Positions 25,231 to 39,160 of a stretch of 64,000 nt of DNA are shown here, in pieces. The translations under genes and the position numbers were made by a program. Below the pieces are notes generated by a model. That model was not told where the DNA came from, did not search any database, and saw only the letters and a list, made by a program, of their open reading frames with translations. Every line of letters begins with the position of its first letter. The first letter of the stretch is position 1. The stretch comes from Camelus ferus. Lineage: Eukaryota. The stretch spans positions 45,510,001-45,574,000 of the forward strand of contig NC_045697.1 in assembly GCF_009834535.1 (NCBI RefSeq), given 5' to 3'.

Positions 25231-26699
25231 TAACTCATTCAAGCCTCAGTTCTATCGGATGCATTTTGAAAGGCCACCTTCATAAAGCCCAATGATGATA
25301 AAGTCAAAGTCTATTCTGAGCCTATTTTCCAAATGAAAACGTAGGACACATCATGTGAAAAACAGTAAGACACTCTGTTTGCCGCAGAGGGGCCACTCAG
25401 TTATTGCCTGGAGTGAACACGGCAGGGTGTTTGAAATCAAGGTTGTCTTGGAAAACCTTGGGAGGTGCAGTAGTGTATACATTCTCTTCAAGGTGCTAAC
25501 CATAGACCTTAGGCACAAGGCCCAGATTTGATATTCCTTCTTGAGGATGAAAGACTATTTGGTATTCTTTTTCAAGGGCTGCAGGTGTCTGTCTCATCAT
25601 TCACCTAGAACTGAATCATTTACTCTTTCACTGACTGGTTGTAATATTTAATCCTTGGTCATTCAGGTATTGATCGAATGCTTGACTTACCTGGTAGGGC
25701 ACTAAGTCTAAAATAGGCTTCGGATTATTTATAATTAACTTTAATCTAGGCTTGATACAGCATTATAGTATATTTTACCTATTCAATTAGGGTAAGTTTC
25801 CTAGGTTTTTTTCTTAAAAATGAAATCTTGTACACTGGTTTCTATTTAGCAATCAAACAATCAAAGCAAGGGGAGGGAGAAAAAAGAGAGAAATTCTTGC
25901 TCCTTAATTCGTTTATAAAAATAAGACAAACATTTCAAGAAGAAACACTGTCCAGTTCCAAACTTCAGTAGAGGTTACAGCTTCCTAAAACACTTCTTAG
26001 GAAAATTCAAATAACCCGGTTTCTCTATCTCACAGAGACCCAGGACTGATATTGGTGATTGGACGTTTCAGGATGTTGTGTAAGTCAGGTCTTTACACAA
26101 AAGAGAAGAAACAGTAGAAACAGCTTGCATCTGGCCTGTCACTATTCCTGCAGACCCTCACCTCCCAATGTCACTGAGCTTCAAAGGAATCTTTAAAAAT
26201 AAATGTACAAAGTGTGAATTAGTTCAGCTTACTTAGAAGGCATCTTTAAACGTCAGCAGTGATATGGTAAGGGCAGTATTATGAAATAAAAAGTATAATT
26301 AACTTAAGTTCTTGTGATTCTGAAATAATTTATTGGTACCAACATCCAGACACACACAGAAGGGCTGCTGTAACCAGAGGAGGGAAGTGATGCACTATTT
26401 ACACCGTTGGTTTTATACTCCCAGCGACAATTTGTGGGTAGGATTTATATTATGTAATTTTAATATAATCATTGAATGGGGAATGGGTGTTATGCTTATG
26501 GAAATATGACAAGTGGATACTGTAAAGCCAAATTTTTTCAGGCATTCTCCCGTGTGTGACATCTATCATGCTGAGTCAGTTGTATCTTTGTTACATTCAC
26601 AATCTTTTCCTTAAAATGTCACCTGAGTGAAGAGGATTTTTGTTACCATCAAATAAAACTAGCATAAATAAGCATATGAAACATTCTTAGACACAATAT

Positions 26700-26925
26700 A
26701 TCAGAGTGGATAAGAAGATGAACTGGGGCTCAGCTGCATGTGTTCAAATCCTGGTTCTGCTGCTTACAGCTGTGTGACCCTCTGAGATTTACCTGACCTC
26801 TCTGTGTCTCAGTTTCTGCATCTGCAAGAAATGAGGACAATTACCAGTAGGGCTGTCTAATTAAGTAAGATTAAGACAAAACAAGTCAAGTTCTTTGAAC
26901 AGTGTATGTAAGTCCTAGCTATTTA
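26700..26925 (+). mobile_element. MIR SINE
   Basis: 'ttcaaatcctggttctgctgcttacagctgtgtgacc...tctcagtttctgcatctg'. Confidence 0.85.
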
Positions 26926-27439
26926 AATTAACTCAGAATTGAAGTTCCCTGCTGAAGAAACAGTTTGCAGAAGTGCAATCAGGAAAGTGTCCTTTTCTAA
27001 CTGAGGTATCTAATCTATTTCTTCAGAAGATAAAAACAAGAACCACAGCCTCGTCAACGTTATTGCACACTGACTGATGGCGTGTATCAATGGGAGATTG
27101 GAATTGGTCAAGAGAGACAAAGAGCAAGAATTTATCAGCGCAGATTAGATCCTGCCAGTGCAGAGGTTCTCCTATCAGGTTTAGGCCCACTGTGGACCCA
27201 GACATGATGTTGTTACACTTCAGCTCATCCAAACCCCTCTGCACTTCACGCTCGCTCAGCGGGCCCCTTCCAAGAGGAGTTCAGTTTCTCACGTGCTGGG
27301 GACAGAACAGACCTAGCCACCCTGAGTTTTACCACGTTCTGGCATCTCTATTTATTTTGGTAATTCTTTCTATAATTGCATTTTGGGTCAGATCAGGTTC
27401 TGTAAGCTTTACGCAGAAAGGCAATATAGTATTGTGCAG

Positions 27440-27522
27440 AAGTTCTCAAAGGTGAATGGGTGAAATGATCACTTGAGGAATTTGTTTCCAAAAAAATCTA
27501 GATTTCCACCCCTCTTCCACCA

Positions 27523-27558
<36 letters not shown>

Positions 27559-27645
27559 ATTTGGAAGGTCTGGCCTGGGGTCTATTATGAATAGACACCC
27601 CAAGTGATTCTGATGCAGGTAGTCTTTGGACCACACTTAGTACAG
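27440..27645. mobile_element. MER5-like hAT MITE containing a (CA)n tract (~27525-27557)
   Basis: 'ccccaagtgattctgatgca...ggaccacactt'. Confidence 0.75.
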
Positions 27646-27679
27646 GAATAGCAGGGAAAATTAGCTTTATAATTAGAGA

Positions 27680-27880
27680 GACCAGGCTTTGAAACCAAGC
27701 TCTGTCTCCTACAGTCTGCATGATTCGGGGCAAGTCACTCAACATTTCTGAACTTGAGCTTCCTCGTCTAGTAACAGGGGACTGATGAGTCTCTAGGGAG
27801 AACTAAAACACACACTGTGAGGAAATAGCCTAACATGGTCCTCACGTAGCGGTTATTATTGTCGGTTATTATTATTTCAC
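27680..27880 (+). mobile_element. MIR SINE
   Basis: 'gggcaagtcactcaacatttctgaacttgagcttcctcgtct'. Confidence 0.75.
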
Positions 27881-29334
27881 CAATGTGAGACAGGCTGTTG
27901 GAAACTATTCATCTCAAAGAGAAGTGAAGCACCTATTAATATGCTCCAAGCCATGAAGGCTCAGGACCAGACCATGGGAGATGGTGACCCCACCAAGATG
28001 CTGCCTTTTCTGTGTTCTTACTTCAAGCATCTAACCCACGGTGGGTGCTAAATGGATAAGTCCTTTCCCTACTGGGCAGACAGGTAGCATCCTCTCCTGA
28101 GATCTTTTCCTTAGACAGCCTCTGTTGCAGAATTTCCAGGCTGACCAAAGTTCCAAAGCACACACTGGTGCATCATACTTTTTCTGTTTAGGGCAAATAG
28201 TCCAAGAGTTAAAATCCTTTCTTTCACTTGTAGAATCCCCAAATCTTATCTATGCAGTTAAAAAAAGTAAACTACAGCCCGGGAATGCTTTTATTTATGT
28301 TATAAAGATTTCAAGCTGGAAACCACCTTAAAACCATCTGGTCCAGATCCCATCTAATGTAAAGATGAAGAAACTGAGGATGGAGACACTCAGATGCAGT
28401 CTTGATCCCTGTTTCTTGTCCCTTAATGGTCCTCGGGGTAGACTGTCACAGCAACTCAGGGAGCTCTGCTCCACGTGCCTGGTTCACGAGGGGCAGGTTT
28501 CACGCAGGCTGGGTTCTGTTCATTGTAAGGAGGTGTCTGTGTGAGTGACTTTAGACAGCTTTGCTTCACTTCCCAGACGAGAATCTGACAAAGTCCAGGC
28601 ACTTTGGATCCCGCTGTGTGCTGACAAATGTCTTGACAAATGGGAGACGCAAAGAGGGTGCTGGTGGGTGGGAGAGGGGCTAATTCTCCCCTTGGGAATA
28701 GTTTAGACAAGACGCTAAGGGCTACAAAGTGACTCCCAAGTGTATGACTTTTTAAAAGTCTCATTTGATTTCACTGGAAGGCTTCTTTTGATCCTGAGTT
28801 ATTTTGTATTTCACTGGATATGCAAAGTCAACTATTAGAGATCGGCACCTTTCAATTATAAAGGCTGAGTTAGAAATTCCTTTTACTGTTAAACAGTGTA
28901 TCAGGCAAGTTTGTTAACGGAATAAAAGGAAGTGTACTTTGTGCATTCCTTATAGTACAATAATCCTTTCTTCTGCGTAAGCTATTAGGATCTGAAAGTT
29001 ACATGCATGGCCATTTAGACTTTCACCTTGTTTTGTACATACTGAGAAGAAACAAAATTCAGTTTGATATCCCAGAAATAAATCTTTCACTCCAAACTTT
29101 TGATGGGAGTGTTTCACATGCCTCTGGGTAAATTTATTTGACCCTCACAACACACATTTGACCACTCCATTACAGATCCTGACTCGGTGACTACTTTTTT
29201 ATATCCTACTTGGCCAAATGACTCAGGCTAAATTCAACTCAGGATGAATTATACGTGATATTCAACATTGGTAAACAGCATCATGTATTATTTTAGATCC
29301 TTGATAGTCAAAGAACAACAATAAAATAGCATTA

Positions 29335-29462
29335 GGGAAAGAAAGAAATGAGGAAGAAGGAAAGGAAGAAAGAAGGAAGATAAGAAAGGAGGAAAGAAGG
29401 AAGGAAGGAGGGAAGGAAGTAAAGTAGGTAGGAAGGAAGGAAAGAAACGAGGGAGGGGAAAA
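29335..29462. repeat. Degenerate (GGAA)n polypurine tract
   Basis: Directly visible. Confidence 0.9.
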
Positions 29463-29944
29463 AATACAAACTACAAGGAGAAATTCATTGTGTGGCTAAG
29501 GCTTGAAGGAAAGCAGTGTGTTTGTATTAAAGTGATGGGCTTGTATAAGTAGAGGGCGGATTGCGTACAAAGGCAGAAGCTCGGTTCCTGCTCATCTCTG
29601 TCTTTCTGAGGATCATCACTATGTGCTACCAGACATTTCTCCCCTGTTGAAATATTTTGAAGACTTGTCCATCAGGGGACTATTCCTTTGCCTTCTGCTT
29701 CCCTACTCCTGGCAGAAGCATCAAGGGACTGAGAAGTGTCTATACTCAGAGTCCTTAGTTCCGTCACTTCTCGAGGCTGTCCAGACAGTGTGCTGTAGCA
29801 GAAAAGAATGGAATTTGTAATCTTACATATCAGACTAAAAGCACATCTCCTCCCTCCGTTTACAGTGTGGTCGTGCACAAGGTACAAAACCTCTCTGATG
29901 CTCAGTTTCCTCATATGCTTAACTGGGATAATACTAGGCTTGTA

Positions 29945-30159
29945 GAGTGGTGTGCAGGAGGAGGGGGCTTGTACTAGCCCGTGAGAGCCCAGTGTGCCAT
30001 CTCTGCTAACTCTCTGATCAGAGATGTTCCATTAGTAGCTTGAAATCGAAACAGTATTAGTGGAAATATTTACACTAAATCAATTGGCAAAGACTACAAA
30101 TCAAGGCTTCCTTTTTATTTCAGAGAGCCTATTGTTAAGTCTTTATCAGCACATCTCTG
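29945..30159 (+). mobile_element. hAT MITE (MER63-like) inserted into a MIR
   Basis: Ends AGTGGTGTGC ... GCACATCTCTG; internal 'tagcttgaaatcg...atatttacac...ttggcaaagactacaaatca'. MIR sequence lies on both sides. Confidence 0.8.
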
Positions 30160-32394
30160 CTCATGTATAAAATGAGATAACGAATAGGCTCGCATCAATT
30201 GTAGAGACTTAATGTGAATTTTCCTTCCCCAGACCCATCCCTAGAGAATATATATGTCTGAAAAATCTTTGATTTCCAAACCTCTAGCTAAAACAGAATG
30301 ATAATAGATTTTTACTCAGAAACTCAATTTCACATTATTATCTGCATACTTAGTTTATAGTGTGTTATGTGGCTCTGTTCTCTTCTCTCTGTTTCTCTCT
30401 TGATCTCTCTCCTTCAACCTAGCTCAGAAGAGATCAGAAATCAGGCTTTTCCCCTCTAATTCTCACCTGATGCCTAATAGAGCATCTCAGGGAGATCCCT
30501 AAAATATTGTTTTTTGGTGATGGTTTTAAGTGTGGGCCTAGATGGTTCAACATCATCTTTGATGGACTGAGAGAACAGGTACAAGTCTAACACGATGAGA
30601 GTTATAATGGGTTCAACGTACACTAAAAGTGGAGAAAAGGTTTCATGAGGGAGATATTTGTGTAGAACTGCAAAATACAGTAGGATTACCCTGGGAGAAG
30701 AGGGAGAACGAAGGGTAAGATAGAATGTCAGAGAGGACTTAGTTGCATGAGGAAGGGCAGAAACCTGCGACGCAGCCAATACAGCTGATGTGGGTCAGGC
30801 TGAGACTACATCTTAAAAGACAGACAGGGGGGTCTGTACTTCCTTGACTAGATAAGGAGCATGGGATAATCAGAATTTTAAAAAGATTAATGGGGTCATG
30901 GGGAAGATAATGAGGAGAGGAGAGACTGGAGCGCAGTGAAGAGTACCAGGTTTCCTGAGCCTCGGTTTCCTCGCCTGCCAAGTGGGAACAGCAATGTTCT
31001 CTTCTCGGGATTATGATGATCAGATGAGGCTTTGGACGTAACGGATATGCACCTGGCAGAGAGCAGATCTCAAGAGGGTGCTTCTCTCTTTCCAAATTCC
31101 TCTTAGAGTTGACTTTCAATTCCCCAAATAATTGCATGTTTCAGACAGAACTGGGAGCTGATAACATACAACTGGATGGAAAAGATGCCAGCGATCTGTA
31201 TAGAAACAGATGCAAATTGTTTTCCTTAACAGGACTTAAGACAAGAGAAAGATGAGCAGGAGGCCGACTTGCTATAGAAAAACCGTACTGGTCTGTAGGC
31301 TCTGACTCTCAGCATTCATGTAATTAGCACATCTTGACAGGGTGAAAGCGGCCACCCAGCCTCTCCCTTTGAAGGGCCAGAGGTCATTGACAGCTGCTGC
31401 TCTGGCCTTTGCGGGTCTATGCTGCTTGGGACCAGCTGGGGGAAACAGAACCCCAGGAAGAGTGGTCGCTCAGTGATGAGAGCGCCGTTCCCTTTTCTTG
31501 TAAACAGTGAACACCCTTGAAGGCCCATCTGCACTGTTCCAATACATTCTGCACCTGGGTTTTTGTTTTCTTTGCTAAAGAACAGTTGCCTGGTATGCAT
31601 CAGGAGTTCCCATCTGTCTCACAGATAGTCATGGGGCTCTTGACTGTGTGCATTTTATCTGGGAATGAGTGACTCGATTCATTCCCACTCCAAAACAAAA
31701 TCTCATCCTGGCCCCAAGTCTCAATATTATGAATGTTTCAGTGGCAGAATTGGATTGTAACCTAAAATACAAAATGATCTACCTACCCCAGACTTAGAAA
31801 TGATACACTTCTTGCCTGGTCATTTAATTAAAGTCTCCGACTCCTTCAGACTTCAACTTGAAAATTTTTGGCAAACGGCAGTGTCTGCAAAAACACTGTT
31901 CCTCTGAAAATTCCAAAACACTTTACGTTTGTCATTTGGTGAGCAATAGTGAAATTTGTATTTTATAAGTTAAAATAGCAGGACACCAAGGAGGAAAATA
32001 CTGGCCAATTTTTGAAAGCCAGAGAAACAATAGGGCAGATAATTTAGGAATCCAGAAGCCCCCAACATCTAATTCTGTCAACTGAATCTCTGTCATGTCT
32101 CTTTGCAGTTTGTGCCTGAGTGTTTTTTGTTGGATACAGAGTGTTATGCCTTTCCCGAGGAAGGAGCATTTGATTAAGGGGTGCACTTTGGCCCTTTTCT
32201 CAAGGAGGAGAGGACCAAAGAGGTTTCTTGTCCTGCCTAGAAATTCTGCCTGCTAGCTAATTTGCATGAAAATATGTCTGCATGGCTCATTGGAGGCAGC
32301 TGAGCAAAGCTGGACCCCTATGTAGAGCTAAGAAAAGTACGGTTTAAAGAAAGCTGTGGCCTGAGTAGACAACAAAAAGTGTTGCTAAGCTTCA

Positions 32395-32408
32395 CCACTA
32401 GGTGGCAG
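32395..32408 (+). promoter_or_regulatory. Consensus CTCF core motif
   Basis: CCACTAGGTGGCAG in apparently unique sequence. Confidence 0.7.
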
Positions 32409-32954
32409 ATCCTCTAGACAGGAGGAGGATTCCTGTTCCCTCTTCTGGGTTCTACCACAGGGTTGGCTGTGTGATGTGGAAATCCAGTCAGGAGCCCTCA
32501 GCTGAGAAGACACAGTGACTCCCAAGTGCCTTTTTACAGTGAAGGGGGGCCATTGAAAAACAGTGCAAAACAGGTCTTGACATCTAAGCTCAGTGTGCTT
32601 AGATGAGCAAACTAATAGATACGGGCGACAGAAAGACTATATGTACTTTTGACAAAATTGTATTTGGTGTGTCTCTGTCCAAGTATCTTTCTTTACCCTT
32701 TAAATGGGAGATACTGTGTACCTCACAGTGTTGCTGTGAGAGTTAAACGAAATAATCCTTGAAAGGCTACCTGGCACAGACTAGTTCCTCCATAAGTATT
32801 TGTTCAAAGACTGACTGAATAAGTCAACAAGCAAAGTAGACATAGTTCTTCTGAAATGTCTTGAATTGAACATTGCCTTGTCCAAAGAAAGGGAAACTTA
32901 AAAAATACCTTACAAGAAAATAAAACAGATAAAAATCTTTTTATAAGATACAAA

Positions 32955-33024
32955 TATATATGTATATATGTGTGTGTATATATATATATATATATAATAT
33001 ATATAAACTATATATATATAGTTT
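32955..33024. repeat. (TA)n/(TG)n low-complexity tract
   Basis: Directly visible. Confidence 0.9.
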
Positions 33025-36000
33025 GCTCTAGGTCCTGGATGAAAGTCTATTGTAAATGCAAGGACCATGGTAATTCACTATTATGTCCTTTTTTTGTTTG
33101 AGCTATTGTTTCTTTGAGGGCTCTGTAGTTGCAGGTGATGGAAAATCAAGTGTAGACTGCTCAGTATTCTTTAGATATTTAGGAAAAATTGTGGTCAATA
33201 GCATAAATCCATTTTTAAGTATCTGAAATAATTAAATGAGTCCATTCCATGTTTAAGATAGCTTCCAGGATTCACATGGGAAGACACTTTCATTTTATCA
33301 TAAAAAAAGGCTATAAAAATGGAAAGAGTAGGATATATGATGAGCATAATACAGTCTTAAAAAAACGTTTCTCCAAATTCTCTCAGTTATGTTCAGGTAC
33401 TTACACATTTCAGTAACCAAATCCATTAAAAACAAAATGAACTTTATGCACGATATAGACCCAACTATCCCCACTCTGCAACTGGATTCATTTTGCAGAT
33501 TGCACAACTGCAGTATAACTTCTCATGTATTTCAAAACAAAGTCTCCTAAAATATCTCCCTAGTAAGTCAAATTATATGTGTTTTTTTGGCTTATTTGTT
33601 CCTTTGATGGTAAAATTCCCTTTTTGTCCCACTGACTGCATTTTATACACGATTTTCACTACATTTCTCTTTTCAGTGTCCTGATAAGGTAGGTTCATCA
33701 TGAAGATGAAGACTCTGAGACTCTGAGAGGCCATTTGTCCTCAGCCACACAGCTGTTCTAACTTGGCAAAATCAGGATTTGAATCCTGATCCTTCGACAA
33801 ATTCAACACTTACTCACTCAGCAAGGATGTAAGTTTCTGTGTAGTTTTAGGAAACTGAATTTGGATATGAATTAAGTGAGTTTTAGCTAGAAAGAGGACT
33901 GCTGCTCAAGTCCTAGGTCAAGTCCAACTGCAGAAAGAGTAAAGGAACTTATACTAGGCAGGGGGGGACAGGAATTAAAAAAAGGAAAGATATTTGGAAT
34001 AAGATAAAAGGGAGGGAAAAAATAGAGGAGAAAATGAAGGGAGGCGGTGGGAGGAAAGAGCCACACAGACCACTTCCTTGGAGTTTGCTCCCTTCCACAC
34101 CCACAGATCTCATAATACATTTCCTTGCTCCGGCCACGTACTTCCACAGAATACTCGACCTCAAATTACAGTACTTACCACATTATATTATATTACTTGT
34201 TTACCCATATCCTTGTTATTTAGTAAACCCCATAGAGACAGGCAATATCATTCACATCACTGAGACTGGTACGTGATATGCACTTATTAGATACATTTTG
34301 AATGCAGCCATAAATAGGTAGAGAAGAGAATAATACCTTAGGCTGCTTGGTGCCACTAAATTTTGCCCACATGTATTCTACAGGCAAGGGATTTGGAAGC
34401 TGGAATGTTTGCTTGAAGGTGGGTCAGAAATGACTGGATCCTTAAGGAGCTGGCATTTGGACTGAGTCAATATTTGATATTATTCAAAAAATGTAATGCA
34501 TATTGAACATCTTAAATGAACTGAGAGGACAAGTTCCTCTCTATTGAATTTTGGATTATTTTCTGAATGATTGCTGATTATGCTTTTCTTCTTGGTAGAG
34601 TTTTCAAACTACAATTGAACAGGATTCATGTTATACTTATGTTAGAAAATAGATTTATTTCATAGTATTGAATATTACAATTTGGCAGTGGAAAGTTTAT
34701 TTCTTTTTCTCCACTAATTTGATTTAGAAGCCCCTGTTTCCTTCCCCTGTAATAATAATGGCTCTCATGTTTTTGATCTGTGCCCGAGGTCATTATACCT
34801 CAAGAGTCTTTATGCATCTTTTCTATCTTGTTTTACCTCCTGAGTTTTAAGACGATCTCTATTAAAATATTAGGTAATTAAATAAAAAAGTAGGTGAGGA
34901 CAAAAATGTCTCTCCAGGGACAAAAACAACTTCTTTACTTGAGTTTTATGTTATAACTTATAAGAAATATTTGAACTTTTTAGAACCCTAGAAAAAATTT
35001 TAAGGTCTTGGTCTCTCTCCTATTTAAATCTTACTTAAGCTGGAAAATAGGCATGTGTTTTCAGATGACAGAAAATCATCAAATGCAACTCTTCAGCTTA
35101 TTCTAGGTGTTAATTTCTTTGACTAAGTTTTATAATACGGATCATGTTCTTAATATCAAACTCAAACAAGGAGATGGTTTGGGTTTTTTTTTTTGTGAAA
35201 CTTAGAATCCCTTTAAAATTCTGCATTTCTGAGACACTGATCCTAGTTTACCTGGTGAATAGTCCAGAAATGTCTTGATTAATGAAGAAATCTTTGAATT
35301 ATATTAAGCTTGGATTGAAAGACAGTTGCGTGTATGTGTGAGTGTGTGTGTATGTGTATGTATATATGTGTCCTGTTCTTTGACAATGCCTTTTCAGTTG
35401 TAAAAATGTCTCAGTGGGCATCTACTTATTGTGCATGCTAACACAGAGTCATTTACAGGTAGGGTAGGGGAGGGCCTGGGACGTCTGAAGAGGAAGCAAA
35501 TTTTATAAACAAGATTGAGGGCAATAAGTACCTATTTTCTGAGCGAGAAGATGCCGGCAGAGGGCAAATGTGGGTGGGTGGAAAGGATCCTACCAGGAGT
35601 GATCTTAAAAGAGATCTCATTTAAGAGGACTGCCTTGAAGGGCCATGCCACCTCAATAGAAGGCTGGACCCTCTGAGACCAAAGGCTGAAAGAATGACCT
35701 AAGCAGCCAAGTAGCCAGAGACCAGAAGTTGAAAATTCTGACCTCAAAAGAACCCCACAAGAGAAGAGTTAGAGTGATTGCAGCAGCCACCACAGTCACA
35801 GGGAACCAATGCCAGGTCATCACTGCACCAGGTACCTAATGCCGTGTCCTCTCTCCCTGACCTCCTTCCATTTGAACACCCACCTTAGAAAGACCAGGAA
35901 CAGCAGCCACTGAGTTGTGGAGGAGGACCACAAGAGTGAGGCAGGAGAACAGACAAGAAGCCAGTCATGCTCCTCTGTTCCTCTCCTTCATTCTAGTTTT

Positions 36001-38389
36001 CCAAGCCTGAAGCTAGCCATACGTAGTCTTGGGGTTGGGGAAATGCAGCATTACTATATTTTAACTTTTTTACTACTTCACTTTTAAAACACCTTTGTGA
36101 ACATCCCTCCACAACCATCTGCCTAAACATCTTCATTGCTACCTCTCTACAAGGGTAATGAAAAGCCTAGAAATAGTAGACATTCAAACTTTTTAGAAAC
36201 TGCATATTAACAATGTAAATATACATACAATGATAAAAATGATGTTTCACTTCCCTTACTGCTCAAACAAATGCATATGCTATTACTTCCAAATATAATC
36301 TTTTTCTTTAGCATATTGCTGTTATGTTGATGTAGACCCAGAAATGGGCAATCAGCTACTCAGAGAAGATATAACTACCCCTTTTTAGAAATTAGAGGGA
36401 TTGAAATCCAATAAGATATATCTGCTTTTTTGAGATTTGCTTTTCAAACTTAAGATGATTTGGATCTATTTCAGCATCTTCTCTAATTTTCAGCAATCTC
36501 AGACTCACATAGAAGTCACACTAGAAAGCAGAAGATAACACTTACATGATATACATGTATTATGATTTTTTCCACGGGAACAACTTTTTGCAGCTAGTGT
36601 TTTTGTTTGTTTTAACGGTATAATCCCCCCCCCATTTCATAATATCACTTGTACTGTAAAGAGAATGGCAGTGGGGTTAGGAGAGCAACTGTTACAGATA
36701 AGAATAAATCCCTCCAGGCCTAAGTATGCATTGGCTCTCGAAGCAGGTTCAACTCTGACAGCCGTTCCCGCAAACTGAACCTTACCAGGTGGTTTTGGTT
36801 GAATTTAATTCCTAATACTACTTTTTCTTATTACCATTTTGCGACACTGCCCAGGGAGATGGCCAAAATCTGTGCTTCTATGACACATGGCTGCCCTCAG
36901 TAACTTATTCATTAGCTTGGATTTCTAATCTATTGTTAAAGTCTATCTCTGAAAAGTTTGAGGAAGTGGGGAGATTTTCCAGAGTTTAGCCTGTGAATCA
37001 CCAGAGGAAACTGGCATATGACTTTCTGAAATTGTGTAAGTCTGGCTACAAGTCATAATCTTGAATCTCTCACATCAAACAAGCAAACAAAAAGCATCAA
37101 AGTACACCCAGCTCTATATTCCTTCTTTGGGGCCAGGGAAAGTCTTCTTTCTTTTTACGTGCACACATAAATCAGATAATGAGCCCCTTCTCCCTCATTT
37201 CCTCATAAAATCCTTCTCCTTTTGTCTTAATACCAAATTCCAGCCAACTGACTCTGTTCTCTCCGCCTCTTGCCCCTCAAACTTCTAATCTCGTGTTATG
37301 CTGCCCCAATCAGACCCATATAATGAAAGATTCCCCAGAGTCCCCGGGATTGGGGGACCGTGAAACGTATTCACACCCAGACCACAGCTATTTCAGAATA
37401 TGTTCATCAGATGTGGATGCTGCAGAATTATCGATGCTCACATTTTGCAGTGGGACAGAAACTATTTGAATGGGTTCAGATTCTTAGTTTCACTATGAGA
37501 AAACTTAGTTTTTGGCCTCCTGGAGTTAATTTACTATGTGTATTGTTTCCATCATTAAGTATAATAGGATTGAACCTGTTGCAAGTGTTTGGATGGACTG
37601 ACTGGCAGGTTTAGCCAAATTGGCTTGTCTATCTTCTGTTGGCAAAAACACCATACAAGGCTCAGAAAGCCAGAGACAGAATAGGATTTCAGAAATGAAG
37701 CTTAGTTTTTATGTAAACCCTGTGTAAGACTGTCCCCGACATGGGGAAGTAGACCAGCCTATTTAGAATGTTGCCATCCAGTGTCTGAATGATATATTAC
37801 AATTTTAACCTATCATACACCACAAGACCAAACAGATTATCACTTTACCAAAGATGTACAAAGCTAAGTGCCCTCAAAATATAAAGTGTGATTCTATCTA
37901 TGTCTTTGTGCTCAGAAAAGAAGAGCATTTTCAAGGCTGTGTAGAAAGCCAGTAACTTACAAAGTTAAGGTTTAGGCTATAGTCAGAGGTCACTACCCCT
38001 AAGGTTCCTGAACTCTCCAGGACACCGTTGTCCTCAAAATTTGTGAGTATTAGAGGACATAGTATTCAAAAATACTCTGAAATAGTGCTTGCATGTAATA
38101 AGGATTCAGCAAATATTAATGCCTTTTCTTTTGCTAAGTAAAAATATATAGAAACGACTCAGAGAGTGGTACAAAAGCCACTTCCATACGTCTTGTTTAT
38201 GTATTAATGACATGGTTGGGCAAAATTTTAGGAAGCATTTCAAATTCAAAATCATACTAAGTTTTACAGTTTCAGCTCTTGGATAACTTTCAGCTGCTCC
38301 ATGAAGATGCTGGGCTGCTATGTGCAAGTCAACATAATAAAGTATGCTTTTGTCCCACGTCCGCAATGAACTCTGTGCCACTTACTAGG

Positions 38390-39160
38390 TTTAATATTGT
38401 TTAATGCCATCACCACTTTCCCAGTTTCCCAGGCTAAAGATCACTAGGTCATCTGCAATTTCTTCCTCCCTCATAGCCAATAGGTCTCTAAATCACGTTA
38501 ATACTGTTTCCAAAATATTTTTCACATCTGTTTTCTTCTTTCTAGACCTCTGTCACTGCCTGATGATTCCTTCATGAATTATTACAAGTGCCCCTTGAGT
38601 GACCCTCTTGTCTCTCATCTCCCCAGTTCCAACTGATCCATTACCCTAAGCAATCATCACCGCCCTGCAGCTCAAGAATTAACCCAGCCTCTCTTTTTCT
38701 CTCTTTGGTCCCACGTCATCTAATCTACAAATTAAAATGTCCTTTCTTCCATTTCTTCTTACCTCTATCCTACTGATATTTCAGCTTGTTCTGTCTAGTT
38801 TTCCCAGGTTTGTCAAAACAGAATACAAATGCATGGGTGGAGCACGAGACCTTCCATGGTCTGGTTGCTGTTCACCTCTCCTTCACGTCCCGCCAGGCAC
38901 ATCCTCCTGCAGACACTTCGTTCCAGCAGGTCTCATCGGCTCAGAGTTCCTCAAACACATCCTCTTTTCTAATTCTTTTATTGTAGATGTCTTACCTCTG
39001 CCTGGCTATTTCCTTCTTCTTCATCAGGACTTGCCTTAGGTATCGCCTCGTCCAGAAATTCGTCTAGGTGCTTCTTTAGACCATCAATCTTGTGAAAACT
39101 TCTGTCACACTCTTTATCCCACTAATTAAAATCATTTAATCATCTATTCCTACTACTATA
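38390..39160 (+). mobile_element. L2 LINE fragment
   Basis: 'aatgccatcaccactttcccagtttcccaggct' and downstream pyrimidine-rich L2 motifs. Confidence 0.65.
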
